DNA of 64,000 nucleotides. It comes from the human T2T-CHM13v2.0 reference genome, Homo sapiens. This document shows positions 1 through 15,483 of the stretch, piece by piece. Where the stretch lies: NCBI RefSeq assembly GCF_009914755.1, contig NC_060947.1. The stretch is one strand, 5' to 3'. The translations under genes were made by a program, and so were the position numbers. The notes under the pieces are model-generated. The model saw nothing but the letters and a program-made list of their open reading frames with translations, was not told the origin of the DNA and ran no database searches. The stretch's first letter is position 1; the number at the start of each line of letters is the position of its first letter.

Positions 1-18
1 TTGTTCAAGGGTCAACTG
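1..18. mobile_element. Terminal inverted repeat end of a Tigger2/MER8-type DNA transposon, cut by the window edge
   Basis: ttgttcaagggtcaactg is the reverse complement of the CAGTTGACCCTTGAACAA TIR and is followed by TA (TcMar-type TSD). Confidence 0.6.
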
Positions 19-372
19 TAAAATATTTGTAAATTTCATTTATCCCTTCTTCAACAATCTTTTTTTCCTATGTAGATCTGACTTTCTTACCTGTATAATT
101 TTCCTTCTCTCTGAACTACTTTTAACATTTCTGGCAAGAGAGGTCTACTGGCAATAAATTCTCTTAATTTTTTAAAGCACTTCTAGGAGACTGTCAGGAA
201 ACAAATCCAGCAAGCTTATTGTTTTATTTATGAAAACAAATCCTCATTTGAATGTCCCAAATCAAATGGTCTTTAAATACAAAGACTCACAACCAGAGTT
301 AAAAATTTTTACATAGAACTTATTGAAGTAGTTAATCATGGAAGTTAATCATAATTATGTTTTCAGATAAAG

Positions 373-393
373 TGGGTGGCTCTTAAAAGTGAC
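373..393 (-). other. Degenerate histone 3' stem-loop of the H3 pseudogene
   Basis: Minus strand GTCACTTTTAAGAGCC-ACCCA versus consensus GGCTCTTTTCAGAGCC-ACCCA, about 35 nt after the stop codon. Confidence 0.8.
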
Positions 394-426
394 TTTGAGT
401 TGGGTAGAATTATTGCTGAGGAAGCT

Positions 427-767
427 TTATGCTTTCTGTCTACGAATGTGGCATGTAAGCTCGATGTTCTTGAGCATGATAGTCACTCAGAGTGGATGGC
501 GCACAGATTGATGTTCTCAAAGAGCCCCACCAGGTAGGCCTCTCACACTTCCTGCAGCTGCTGAGCTTTGGAAGTGCAGGTTGGTCTTGAAGTTCTGTGC
601 GATCTTGTGCACCAGATCATGGAATGGCAGCTTGCGGATCAGCAGCTCAGTTGATTTCTGGTAGCAGCGGATCTTACGCAGGGCCACTGTGCCAAGCTAG
701 TAGCTGCTAGGGCTTATTTATGCTTCTGGTGCTGGAGCACTCTTGCGGGCTACCTTGGTGGCCAGAT
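427..767 (-). pseudogene. Histone H3 (H3.1-like) processed pseudogene, 3' part
   Basis: Minus strand translates to LATKVARKSAPA...[45 protein letters not shown]...[16 protein letters not shown]...IMLKNIELTCHIRRQKA*, with stops and frameshifts. Confidence 0.95.
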
Positions 768-2684
<1,917 letters not shown>

Positions 2685-2754
2685 TGGTGGCCAGATGTTG
2701 ACATGGCAGTTTACCTCCAGTAGACTTGTGTGTAGTCTGCTTGATGTGGGCCAT
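2685..2754 (-). pseudogene. Histone H3 pseudogene, 5' part
   Basis: ATG at 2754; translates MAHIKQTTHKSTGGKLPCQHLAT versus H3 [23 protein letters not shown]. Confidence 0.93.
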
Positions 2755-2789
2755 TTCAGATTAACCAAAGAAAAAACACAGATTTGGTC

Positions 2790-3859
2790 TCAAATTATGT
2801 TTGTCTGAAAGTCTTTATCTTCTACACTTTAGAAGGATTATTTTGTTGTATCAGTATTTCAGATTGGTGTGTTTTTTTACTATAACATTTTAGATATTCC
2901 ACTCCACTCTCTTCCTGATGGCATGGTTTCTGAAGATAAGTTCAACCTAATTCTTAGCCTTGCTCTTCTGTAAGTAAGGCATTTTTTTTCTTTTGGCTTC
3001 TATGAAGATTTTATCTTAATCTATGAAGATTTTGTCTTTCATTTTCTGCAGCTTGAGTATAATATGTCTATGTGTAAATTTTTTTGGTTAAATTCTGCTT
3101 AGTGTTCTGTGAGCTTCTTGGATTTGTGGTTTGGCATCTGCTATGGTTTGAATGTCCCCTCCAAAATTCATGTTGAAATTTTATTGCAAAAGTAATACTG
3201 TTGGGAGTTGGGACCTTTAAGAGGTATTTAGATTGTGAGGTCTTCACCATCATGAGTGGATTAATGCCATTATGGAGGGCGTGGGTTAGTTATTCCAGGA
3301 GTTAGGCCCTCTTTTTTTCTTTGTCTCACATGCTGACTTGCCCTTCCATAATGTTATGATGCAGCAAGAAGACCTTCACCAGATTCAGCCTTTTGATCCT
3401 GGACTTCTCAGCCTCCAGAACCATGAACCAAATAAATTCCTTTTCTTTACAAATTACCCAGTGTGTGATAGTCTTTTATAGCAGCAGAAAACAGACCAAG
3501 ACAGCATCTGTCATTCAGTTTGCAAAAGTTTCAGCCATTATTACTTCAAATGGTTGTTTCTTTCTTTCTTCCCCTTCTGGTATCACCATTATGTGTGTGT
3601 TACAACTTTTGTAATTGTTCCATAATTCTTGGATATTCTTTTCTGTGTTTTTTCTTTTGGTTTATCTATTTATTTTATTTATTCCTTCCTTTTTATTCTT
3701 GTCAGTTTGAGGACTTTCTACTGATATAGTTCCAAGCTCACCGATTCTTCCCTTGACTGTCCAATCCACTGATGAAGGAATCCTTTAGAGGTATTCTTCA
3801 TTTCAGTTACAGTGCTTTAAATTTCTAGCATTTCCTTTTGAGTATTTCATATAATTTTC
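2790..3859 (-). mobile_element. Old L1M fragment; continues from ~20-170 and resumes after 11720
   Basis: Degenerate antisense L1 sequence (tttgtctgaaagtctttat..., gtttggtggt-type motifs) continuous across the younger insertions. Confidence 0.65.
3139..3503 (+). mobile_element. MST-family (MSTB/C-like) MaLR solo LTR
   Basis: Starts tgctatggtttgaatgtcccc and ends cagaccaagaca; 5-bp TSD gcatc at 3134-3138 and 3504-3508. Confidence 0.88.
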
Positions 3860-6800
3860 TTTTCTTTGTTTTTTGTCTAACTTTTATTTTAGGTTCAGTG
3901 GTACATGTACAGGTTTATTATATAGGTTTATTATATAGGTGTATTATCTGTACACTTGCACCACAGGGGTTTGGTGTACAGATAATTTTGTTGCCCATGC
4001 ACTAAGCATAGAACCGAATAGGTATTTTTTTAAATTATCTCCCCACTCCTACCTTCAACCCTCAAGTAGGGCCCAGTATCTGTTGTTCCCTGCTTTGTGT
4101 TTATGTGTTCTTGTCATTTAGCTCCCACTTATAAGTTAGAACATGTGATATTTGATTTTCTGTTCCTGCATTAGTTTGCTAAGGATAATAGTCTCCAGCT
4201 CCATCAATTTGCTGCAAAGGACACAATCTCATTCATTCTTATGGCTGTGTAGTATTCCCTGGTATATATTTACCACATTTTCTTTATCCAGTATACCATT
4301 GATGGGCGTTAAGATTGACTCCATGTCTTTGCTTATTGTGAATAGTGCTGCAGCGAATAAATGCGTGCATGTGTCTTTATGGTAGAACAATTTATATTCC
4401 TTTGGGTATATACTCAGTAATGGGATTGTTGGGTCGAATGGTCATTCTGTTTTTAGTTCTTTGAGGAATCACCACACTGCTTTCCACAATGGCTGAACTG
4501 ATTTACACTCCCACCAGCAGTGTGTAAGTGTTCCCTTTTCTGTGCAACCTTGCCAGCATGTTATATTTTGATTTTTAAATAATAGCCATTCTGACTGCTG
4601 TGAGATGGTATCTCATTGTGGTTTTGATTTGCATTTCTCTAATGATTTATGATGTTGAGCATTTTTTCATATGCTTGTTGGCCACATGTATGGCTTCTTT
4701 TGAAAAGTGTCTGTTCATTTCCTTCACCCACTTTTTAATGGGGTTGTTTGCTTTTTGCTTGTAAATTTGTTTAAGTTCCTTATAGATGCTGGATATTAGA
4801 CCATTGTCAGATGCATAGTTTGCTGATATTTTCTCCCATTTTATAGGTTGTCTGTTTACTCTGCTGATAGTTTATTTTGCTTGCAGAAGCTCTTTAGTTA
4901 ACTTAGTTCTCTTTTATCAATTTTTGCTTTTGTTGCAATTGCTTTTGGCATCTTTGTCATGAAATCTTTGCCCGTTTCTGTGTCCAGAATGGTATTTCCT
5001 AGGTTATCTTGCAGGATTTTTATAGTTTTAGGTCTTACATTTAAGTCTTCAATCCACCTTGAGTTGATTTTTGTATATGATGTAAGGAAGGGATCCATTT
5101 TCAACTTTCTGCATATGGCTAGCCAGTTATGCTAGCACCATTTATTGAATAGGAAATCCTTTTTCCATTGCATGTTTTTGTCAGTTTTGTTGAAGATCAG
5201 ATAATTGTAGGTGTGTGGCATTATTTCTGGGCTCTCTGTTCTATTTCATTGGTCTTTCTGTTTTTGTACCAGTACCATGCTGTTTTGGTTATCGTAGCCC
5301 TGTTGTATAGTTTGAAGTTGGGTAATGTGATGCCTTCAGCCTTATTCTTTTTTCTTAGGATTGCCTTTGCTATTCAGGTTCTTTTTTGGTTCCATATGAA
5401 TTTTAAAATAGTTTTTGTCTAAAATCTCAATGGTAGTTAAATAGTAATAGCATTGAATCTGTAAATTGCTTTGGGCCTTATGGCTATTTTAACAATATTG
5501 ACTCTATGAGCATGGAGTATTTTACCATTTGTGTCCTCTCTGATTTCTTTGAGTAGTGTTTTGTAATTCTCATTGTAGAGATCTTTCACCTCCCTGGTTA
5601 GCTGTATTCCTAGGTATTTTATTCTTTTTGTGGTCATTGTGAGTGGGATTACATTCCTGGTTTGGCTCTCAGCTTGGATGTTGTTGGTACACAGGAATGC
5701 TATTGGTTTTCCTATGTTGATTTTGTATTCTGAAACTGCTAAAGTTGTTTATCAGCTCAAGGAGCTTTTGGTCATAGATGATAAGGTTTTCTAGATACAG
5801 AATTATGTTGTCTGCAAACAGGGGTAGTTTGACTTCCTCTCGTCCTATTTGGATGCCTTTTATTTCTTTTTCTTGTCTGATTGCTTTGGCCAGAACTTCC
5901 AATACTATATTGAACAAGAGTGTTGAGAGAGGGCATCCTTGCCTTGTGCCAGTTTTCAAGGGGAATGCTTTCAGCTTTTGCCCATTCCCTGTGATGTTGG
6001 CTGTGGGTTTGTCATAGATGACTCTTATCATTTTGCAGTATGGTTCTTCAATGCCTAGTTTTTTGAAGGTTTCTAACATGAAGGGGTGCTGAATTTTATC
6101 AAAAGCCTTTTCTGCATCTATTGATAAAATCATGTGGTTTTTGTCTTGAGTTTTGTCTATGTGATGAATTGCATTTATTGATTAGCATATGTTGAACCAA
6201 CCTTGCATCCCAGGAATAAAGCCTACTTGATTATGATGGATTAGGTTTTTTATGGGCTGATGTTTGCTAGTATTTTGTTGAGGATTTTTGCAGCTGTGTT
6301 CATCAGGGATATTGACCTGAAGTTTTCTCTTTTTTGTTGTGTCTCTGCCACTTTTTTGTATCAGGATGACGCTGGTCTGATAGAATGAGTTGAGGAGGAG
6401 TCCCTCCTTCTCAATTGTTTTGGAATAGTTTCAGTAGGAATGATACCAGCTCTTTGTACATCTGATAGTATTTGGCTGTGAATCAGTCTGGTCCTAGGCT
6501 TTTGTTGGTTGGTAGGCTATTTATTACTGATTCAATTTCAGAGCTCATCATTGGTCTGTTCAGGGATTCAGTTTCTTCCTGGTTCAGTCCTGCAAAAATG
6601 TATGTATTCAAGAATTTATCCATTTCCTCTGGATTTTCTAGTTTTTGTGCATAGAGGTATTCATTATAGTCTCTGATGGTTATTTGTATTTCTTTGGGGT
6701 TAGTGGTAACATCTCCTTTGTCATTTCTAATTGTTTGGATCATCTCTTTTTTCTTCTTTATTAGTCTAGCTAGCAGTCTATCTGTCTTACTGATTTTTTG

Positions 6801-9800
6801 AAAGAAGCAGCTCCTGGATTTGTTGATTATTTTTTATGACTTTTCATGTCTCAGTCTGCTTCAGTTCACCTCTGATTTGTCTATTCCTTATCTTCTACTA
6901 GTTTTGTGGTTGGTTTGCTCTTGCTTCTCTATTTCTTCTAGTTATGATCTTAGGTTGTTAATTTGAGATTCTCCTAATTTTTTGATGTGGGCATTTTATG
7001 CTATAAATTTCCCTCTTAACACTGCCTTAGCTATGTCTCAAAGATTATGGTGTGTTGTATCATTGTTCCCATTAGTTTCAAGGAACTTCTTTACCCAGAA
7101 GTCATTATTTACTGAAAAGTCATTCAGAAGCAGGTGGTTTAATATCCACATAAATGAATGATTTTGAGCAATTTTCTTTGTATTGAAGACTATTTTAATT
7201 ATGCTGTGGTCTGTAAGTGTGGTTGATATGATTTCAGGTTTTTTGAATTTGCTAAGGATTGTTTTATGTTCAATTGTGTGGTCAATTTTAAAGCATTTGG
7301 CATGTGGCAATAAGAAGAATGTATATTCTGCTGTTTTTGGATGGAAAGTTCTGCAGATGTCTATTAGGTCCATTTGGTCAAGTGCTAAGTTCAGGTCCTG
7401 AATACCTTTGTTAATTTTCTGCCTTGATGATCTGATACTGTCAGTAGGGTATTGAAGTCTCCCACTATTATTGTGTGGGAATCTAAGTCTCTTTGTAGGT
7501 CTCTAAGAACTGTTTTAATGAATCTGGGTGCTCCTGTGTTGAGTGCATATATTTAGGATAGTTAGGTCTTCATGTTGAATTGGACCCTTTACCATTATGG
7601 GTTCCAAAAAAGACTTTATCTTTTTTGTTTTTGTTGATTTAATGTCTGTTTTGTCTGAAATTAGGATTGTAACCCCTGCTTTTTTCTGTTCTCCATTTGC
7701 TTGGTAGATTTTTTTCCATTCCTTTATTTTGAGCTTATGGGTGTCATTACATGTGAGATGGGTCTTTTGAAGTCAGCATACCATTGGGTCTTGCTTCTTT
7801 ATCCAGCTTGCCAATCTGTGCCTTTTAATTGAGGGCATTTAGCCTGTTTACATTCAAGTTTAGTATTGATATGTGTGGATTTGATCCTGTCATCATGATG
7901 TTAGCTGGTTATTATGCAGACTTGTTTGTGTGATTGCTTTATAGTGTCACTGGTCTGTGTACTTAAAAGTATTTTTGCAGTGGCTGGTAACGGCCTTTCT
8001 TTTTCATAGTTAGTGCTTTATTCAGGAGCTCTTGTAAGGCAGGTCTGGTGGTAACGAATTCCCTCAGCCCTTACTTGTCTGAAAAGGATCTTATTTCTCC
8101 TTCACCTAGTAAGCTTAATTTGGCCAGATATAAAATTCTGGGTTGGAATTTCTTTTCTTTGAGAATGTTGAATATAGTCCCCAATCTCTTCTGGTGTGAA
8201 GGGTTTCTGTTGAGAGGTCCACTCTTAGCCTGATGTGGTTCCCTTTTTAGGTGACCTGCTCTTTCTCACTAGCTGCCTTTAACATTTTTTCTTTCATTTC
8301 GATCTTGGAAAATCTGATGATTATCTGTCTTGGGGATGATCTTCTTGTGTAGAATCTTTCAAGGGTTCTCTGCATTTCCTGAATTTGAATATTGGTCTCT
8401 CTAGCGAGTTTGGGGAAGTTTTCATGGATGATATGCTGAAATATGTTTTCCAAGTTGCTTGCTTTCTCCCCATCTCTTTCAGGGATGTCAGTGAGTCATA
8501 GATTTGGTCTCTTTACATAGTCTTGTATTTCTTGTAAATTTTGTGTTTTCCTTTCAATTCTTTTGTCTTTATTTTTGTTTGACTGTCTTATTTCAGGGAG
8601 CCAGTCTTCAAGCTCTGAGATTCTTTCCTCACCTTGTTCTATTCTGCTGTTAATATTTGTGATTTGATTGCATTATGAAATTCTTGTAGTGTGTTTCTCA
8701 GCTCTTATCAGGTCAGTTTGGTTCTTTTTTATACTGACTGTTTTGTCTATAAGCACCTGTATATCCTTTCTTGTGATGCTTAGCTTCCTTGGATTGGGTT
8801 TCAGTGTTATCCTAAATCTTGATGTTCTTCATTCCTATTCATATTCTGAATTCTATTTCTGTTTTTTCAGCTCTCTCATATCAGTTAAGAACCCTTGCTG
8901 GAGAACTAGTGTGTGCAGTCATTTGGAGGAAAGAAGACACTTTGGCCTTTTCAGTTACCAGAGTTCTTGCACTGTTTTTTTTTTCTCATCTGTGTGTGTG
9001 GGTGTTCCTTTAACTGTGGTGTAAATTGAGTACAGTCAGTAGACTTCTTTTCTGGATGTTTTCAGAGGGCTGTGGCTTTATGCAAGGACTTTATTTGTAA
9101 CTGAATTCTTGTCTTTGGTTTCGCAGGGGAGTATGTTCGCAAAGTATTTTTGGTGTTGAAGTTTTGCGGTATGATCTAGTATGTGGCACTTATGCATAAT
9201 GGTCAGTAGGTAGGCTCTTGCGTAGTCATGTGGCTCCTGTGTATTTCTCTATGGTTGCAGCTGTGTCCCTCTCAATGCTCTGAAAATATTGGCTCCTCTC
9301 CCACTTGAGTGCTGGCTGCAGATCTCAACTTGGCACTCCCAAGCTGTACACTGTGGCTCTGGGGTGATCTCAGGCTTTCTGTTCGCTCCCCAGTTTGGAG
9401 ACAGCAGAAGGAGGGACCTTAGCTGTGGTTGTGGCCTAGGGTCTTTCACTTGTCTCCCGGGCGCTACCCCAGAGACATGTAGAGCTGTGATCAATCAATG
9501 TGATTGGCCTGGGATGGGGAGGCTGTACTTACGTGGGATCAACCTGGAGGGGCCCTACCTGGTGATGAGCAAGAGGGGTGGGTGGGACCTGTGGGAGACA
9601 GACTGGTCTCTCCTTAAAGCAACTGCAGTTTGCTGGAGGTGGGGATAAAGCACTCAGGGTCTTTACTCCTTCCCCAGTTTGAGGACAGTAAGAGCAGTTC
9701 CACTGCAGAGGCAGTGGCAGAGGGGCTTTCAGTTGCCCCTAAGAGTTCTACCTCCAAGAAACACAGAGCTGCTGCTACTGGGAGTGTTCAGCCAGGGGCT

Positions 9801-11713
9801 AGATCAGCTGCACTGCTGTCCTGAGGTAGGGGCTCTACTTGTTGGGGAGCAGGGTATCATGGGCTCACAGGGAGGAGAGACCGGCTCCTCTCCGTGTGGC
9901 GACTTTGTTGTGCTGTAAGCTTGCGTGAAGCCCTCGAGCTCTTTGTTTCTTTCCCCAACTGAGGGTAGCAGGGGCAGAAACTGCTACTGTGGCAGTGGCA
10001 GAGGGGCTGTTGGTTGCCTCCAGGAACCTCTTCCAAAGAAAACTCAGAGCCACTACCAGTGGGGTATGCTCAGCAGTGAGTAGGGCAGCTGTTCTGGAGT
10101 TGTGAGCCTGGGGCCCTGCCTGGTGAAGAGAGGGGGATGAAGACGCCTAAGGAAGAGGAACTGGACTCCCTTCCATATGGTGGCTGCAGTGTGCTGGAAG
10201 TGCCAATACAACAACTAGGCCCTTTGTTCCTTCCCCGGCCTAAGGGTAGTTAGGGCAGTACCACTGCAGCTGCAGTGGTGGAAGGGTTTTGAATTGACTC
10301 TGGGATTTCCTACTTGGAGAAATGCTGAGCCACCTCTAATTGAAGTGCTCAGGTGGGTGCAGGGTAGTTCTGCTGGAGTCCCAGGTTGGGAGGCCTTGCC
10401 CAGTGAGAAGTGGGGACAGATACCTGCATGGGGAACAATGTGGCCACTTTTCCATGGAGTAGCTGCACTGTGCTGAGGGTCTGCACCAGTGCCTAGTTAC
10501 CATGGACTCGTGAGAGCTTGAAGGTAGCAAAGGCAAGGACTGCAAGAGAGCAAAGATGTTGGCTTGCTCCTTCTTTGAGCTCTGTCCCAGAGATCTGCAG
10601 AGCTGCCACCAGCATGAGAACCCCAGCGAGGGGGTGGCTGGAGTCCCAGGTTGGGAGGTCCTGCCCAGTGGGAAGAAACGGGATTGGAGACCCACATAGA
10701 AAACAGTCTGGCTGCTTTTTTTAGGGTGGCCACACTGTGCTGGGAGTCTGTGCCACACGGTAGTTGCCTGGGACTCTCCAGAACCTGAAGACTGCAAGAT
10801 TACAAAGATGGCAGCCCACCTGTCTGGGAGGTGAGGAGTTGTTACAGGCCTAAGAGCCCTAGTAGGGGGTAACTAAAGTCCAGACCAGTGTGTCTCAGCC
10901 TGTGAGGCTTGCAGACCTTCATTGTTCAGCGCCCTGGATTCAGCACCTTTCTTGGGGTTGTATAAGTGAGGCTTACCTCCCCGCAACCTTTTTTTTTGAG
11001 ACAGAGTCTAGCTCTGTCCCCCAGGCTGGAGTGTGCAGTGGCACAATCTCGGCTCACTGCAAGCTCCACCTCCTGAGTTCACGCCATTCTCCTGCCTCAG
11101 CCTCCTGAGTAGCTGGGACTACAGGTGCCCACCACCATGCCCATCTAATTTTTTGTATTTTTAGTAGAGACAGGGTTTCACCGTGTTAGCCAGGATGGTC
11201 TTGATCTCCTGACCTCGTGATCCGCCCACCTTGGCCTCCCAAAGTGCTGGGATTACAGGCGTGAGCCACCGCACCCGGCCTACCTCCCCTTTTACCAGAG
11301 CTGCAGCTGCTAATGCCAGGATGCCTGGGGATCCAGGGCTCCTTGGGACTCTGCATATATGTGAGTGTGGCTCTGTCCAGTCTCCACATAGCTCTGTGTA
11401 TCAGTCCGAAGGCCCTGGTGGAGTGGGCTCACAGGGGGATCTCCTGATCCTAGAGTTCCAAAGATCCTAAGTGTGGATTCCTGAAGTTTCTCACTCACTC
11501 ACCATTTCCCATGGAGAGGGAACCTCCCAGATGGACAGAGATCCTGTCTTACTCCTCTCTGTTCTTCGTGGGTCGAGTTGTTTCCTTGATGAATTCCAAT
11601 ATGTTCACCTGCATGTTTCAGTTGAAGATGTAGTGTTTAATTGCTACTGTTTCTTCTCTTTGTGAGTGTGGCATACTCTAGCTACTTCTAGTCAGCCATC
11701 TTGTCCTTCCCCC
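3860..11713 (-). mobile_element. Full-length degenerate primate L1 (L1PA13-16 class)
   Basis: 3'UTR and tail at ~3860-4200; ORF2 remnants (ORFs 4898-7373); ORF1 remnant 8247-8453; long 5'UTR; 5' terminus reads ggacaagatggctgactagaag on minus. Confidence 0.9.
10989..11280 (-). mobile_element. AluY inserted in the L1 5'UTR
   Basis: AluY diagnostics caagctcc, ttcacgccattctcc and gtgttagccaggatggtc; flanking repeat tacctcccc. Confidence 0.9.
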
Positions 11714-11719
11714 TCATTC

Positions 11720-13600
11720 TTCATAGGGTTTTCAAACCTCTCTGTTTATATTACTCATTTTTTCTTAAATGTTGTCCATTTTTTTCCCACTAGAGCCCTT
11801 ATCATACTAGTCTGATAGTTCCAAAAATATCTGCCATATCTGAGTCAGGTTCTGATGCTTACTTTGACTCTTGAGACTGTATTTTGCAATTTAACATGGC
11901 TTCCAATTTTTTGTTCAAAGCTAGACATGATATATTAGGCAACAGAACTCAGTAAAATAGGCCTTAAGTGTGAGGCTTTATGTTTATCTGTCTAAGAATC
12001 AGGCTATATTCAATATTTGTTGTAGCTATAGATGTCAAACTCTAAAATTTCTTCTGCTATCCCTGCTTTTTCCTATTCTGTTGTCTTTGGGTTCCCCGGA
12101 GATTACTTTTTATATAAGGTCTGATACTTAACAGTTGTTCCAGCTGTAATTCCCTGTTATTAGACATTAGCCTGATTGATGTAGTGGTAAGCAGTGGGTA
12201 CAAGGGGTATATATTCTATTGTCTTATGATTAGGTCTTAGTCTTTTAGTGACCTAGTACCCCTGTGCTATGACCTTCACAAGTTTTTCTCAGTTTTTTCT
12301 TCCCACTAGGTGATACGGGAATCCTAGATGGGGCTGAATTGGTTATTTTCCTTACCCTGTATCAGGCTAATGGGTACTAGATCTGGGTATTTCCCTTCTT
12401 TACAGTCGGATAGGCATTGATAAAACCCAATTCAGTTGGGTTCTGGTAAAATAGTTTCCCTTTAGGGAAGCAGGGATTTTTAAGGAGAACAGAATACTCT
12501 GGGCATATTTCAAATGGTTACTCCCCCCTCCACACCCCTGCCCCCACCGCCAACCCCTGTCTTCCTACTAGAAACATGAGGGGATTTTATTTATTTTTAT
12601 TTTTATTTTTATTATTTTTTTTACCAGTCTTTATATTGAGAACCTGTCAGGGCTCCTGGAGGCAAAACTCACAAAGATTTGGGAGCCTCTCTGAGAGGAA
12701 CCTCCAGATATTTTAACTGTAAAGCTAGTCCACATTGAGCCTTCCACTACTGGGTCTAGCAGTGGGCGTCTGCTCCTGAGATTCTGATGTCAGTAAGCTG
12801 TGGTTTTCAGTAACCACATTTTTTCTCAATTTTGGGGGCAGTGGCTTGTCCTGTGACCTCAATTCTCTGATGGATCTAAGAAGAGCTGTTAATTTTCAGT
12901 TTGTTCAGCTTTTTTCTTATACTAACAATGAGAGTAATGACTTCCAATCACTTTACATTTCAGACTGGAAATCAGAAGTCTCTGTTGTATTGATTTTTTG
13001 AGTTCTCATTTATGTGACTGAACATTTCTTGTTAGAAGTAATCTTACTTATAAGTTCCTTAACCATAGTGCCATGTAGGAGCCATAATGTCATCCTTAGA
13101 AAAAACAAGTTTGAGAACAGCTTTCTTTCTTTGTATTCCTTATCAATGAAAGGTATAACAGAAGCACTGCCCAATATAATTTTAGCTCTTATATTTATGC
13201 CTTTCATATATTCGGAGTTAATTTTTATATATGGCATGAGGTAGGAGTCCAAGTTCATTCTTTGACATGTAGCTTTCTAGTTGTTCCAGCCATATTTTTT
13301 GAAGATATTCTTTCACATTTTATGGTCTTGGCACCATTGTTGAACTTCAGTTGTCTATAGATGTGTTTATTTCTGGCCATTCAATTCCATTCCATTAATC
13401 TACATATCTGTCCTTATGTCTGTACCTCCCTGTTTTGATTATTGTAGCTTTGTAGTATGTTTTAAAATTGGGAATTGTGAGTTCTCCAACTTTTTTTTTT
13501 TCAAGATTGTTTTGGCTATTTGAAGCCCCTTGCAATTCTATATGAATTTTAATATCTGCTTTTCCATTTCTGCAAAAAGGGGCTTTGTAATTTTGATAGT
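11720..13600 (-). mobile_element. Old L1M (L1MC/MD-like) 5' region plus further L1M fragments
   Basis: 12640-12980 is homologous to the L1 5' end seen at 24080-24400; 13180-13600 is an antisense ORF2 3' remnant. Confidence 0.6.
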
Positions 13601-14644
13601 GATGACACTTGTCCTTGAAGCTTTAAGCAAGAACTATATAGCCTCTGTTCAGTTTGATTGTGAGGCTTTTTTAAATTTAGCAGGTTACATTGTGAATGAT
13701 GTAATTTCATAGGCAAAGTCCATTTTTGCCATGTAAGGTAACATATTCGCAGATTCCAGGGATTAGAAAATTGACATGTTGTGGGGGCTGATACATTATT
13801 TAGTCTACTGTACTACTTACAGTAAAGGCAGTGGTCATAGAATCAAGCAAGTTATATATGGGTAAATAAATGTGGTAAAATAGGCTATCCATATTTTGCA
13901 GAAGCTGAAATTCCAGTGATAAACACAAGGTAGAGACTTTTAAAATTTTACTACTTTCATAGACTCTGTGTATCAGCGGTTTGCAACCACCATATGTGTT
14001 AGTTGGAAATAATTCATCATTATTAATCCTTGTGGGGAGAAATTCTGTTAATTAGATGTTTGGGAAATGCTATTATAGTTTGCTGTACAAAGAATACTAG
14101 CAGTTATCTCTTACAAAACATTGATAATAATATATTTATTTTCCCATACCTACTTAAAAATTACAAATAGCATTTTCCTAGAATAAAGGGTCTAGGAAGG
14201 ACACAGGAAAAGAGGGGGCTATTGCTACTTTTCAAAAGACTCAGTAGACATTAGGGAACATATTTAAGCAGTCAGTATATTTGTAGAAAGCTTGTTGAGT
14301 TTTTTTTCTATCCATTTTGTTTCTGTATGCCAGTTTTATCACAAAATAATACTTATGAGTTCACCTTTCCTTTCTGAGCAATAAACAAGCTTAAGGTATC
14401 TAAGCCTTGAAAATTGGCCTTGGTACTATTCTCTAAATTTGAAGTAATGTCTTTGTTCTTCAACAAGGTCTTACCAGCTATTGTCTTATAGCCTTAGGAT
14501 TTGGGGCACACAGCAGCAAGTTTAGGGCTGAGTGAGTACGGACTGACTTTGTGATATGCTCAGTATCAATATACCCAGCAATTTCCCAAGTAATTCCCTA
14601 AAGAACAGTTCTAGTATACCTTCCTACTCCTAAAAATCAGACTG

Positions 14645-15122
14645 CTTTTCCTATTTTCCTGTTGTTGTAACAAATTACCATAAATTTGATTGCTTAAAAC
14701 AACATATATTTATTATGTTACTATTCTAGATGCCAGAAGTTCAAATTTAGTCTTGCTGGGTTTAAGTGAAGGTGTTAGCAGGGCTGGCTCCTTCTGGAGG
14801 CTGTGAGAGGAGAATCCGTTTTCTTGCCTTTTTTTCAGCTTCTGCCTGTGTTCCTTGGCTTATAATCTCTTTCTCACATCATTTCAGCCTTTAATTTTAT
14901 TGTCCCACCTCTTTCTGTCTTTGACCTTCTTGCCTCCCTCTTTTAATGACTCTGCTTATGTTGGGACTAACTGCATAATCAAGGATAGCCTTCCCATCTC
15001 AAGATCCTTAACTTAATTATATGAGCAGAGTCCCTTTTTGCCATGTAAGGTAACATATTGACAGTTTCCAGGGATTAGAAAATGGAATATTGTGGAGAGG
15101 GATACATTACTTAGTCTATTAT
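14645..15122 (-). mobile_element. MLT1 (D/E-like) LTR
   Basis: gtaacaaattaccataaattt...cttaaaacaac...ttctggaggct...gccatgtaaggtaacatat...gggattag. Confidence 0.8.
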
Positions 15123-15483
15123 ACAACTTACAGTGAAGGCAGTGGTCACAGAATCAAGCAAGTTATAGATAGGTAAATAAATGTGGTAAAATAGGCTATT
15201 CATTGAGTTTTGGGCATTATGTAGATATCTTTAACATTCTTACTTCCAGTTATTGGCATTTTACCATCTATGAATTCACATGGGTATATCATAATAAGGG
15301 GAAAATTGATGAGTGTCAAACACTCCAGATTTCCTTACCAAAAGGGAGTTGTGAAATTTCACAGTTCTGTAAATTTTACCTCACAAGTGAATTAAAAAAC
15401 AACTTGGTAACCTGTCTTGTGGTAGAGTTCCTATAAATATGATAGGAGTTCATTTGAATACTCTCTTTACCATGTTAATCTTC

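Noticed and set aside
10300-10800. Repeated ctggagtcccaggttgggagg motifs resembling a spaced array
   Set aside because: Internal repeats of the old L1 5'UTR; not CRISPR-like, and the context is eukaryotic.
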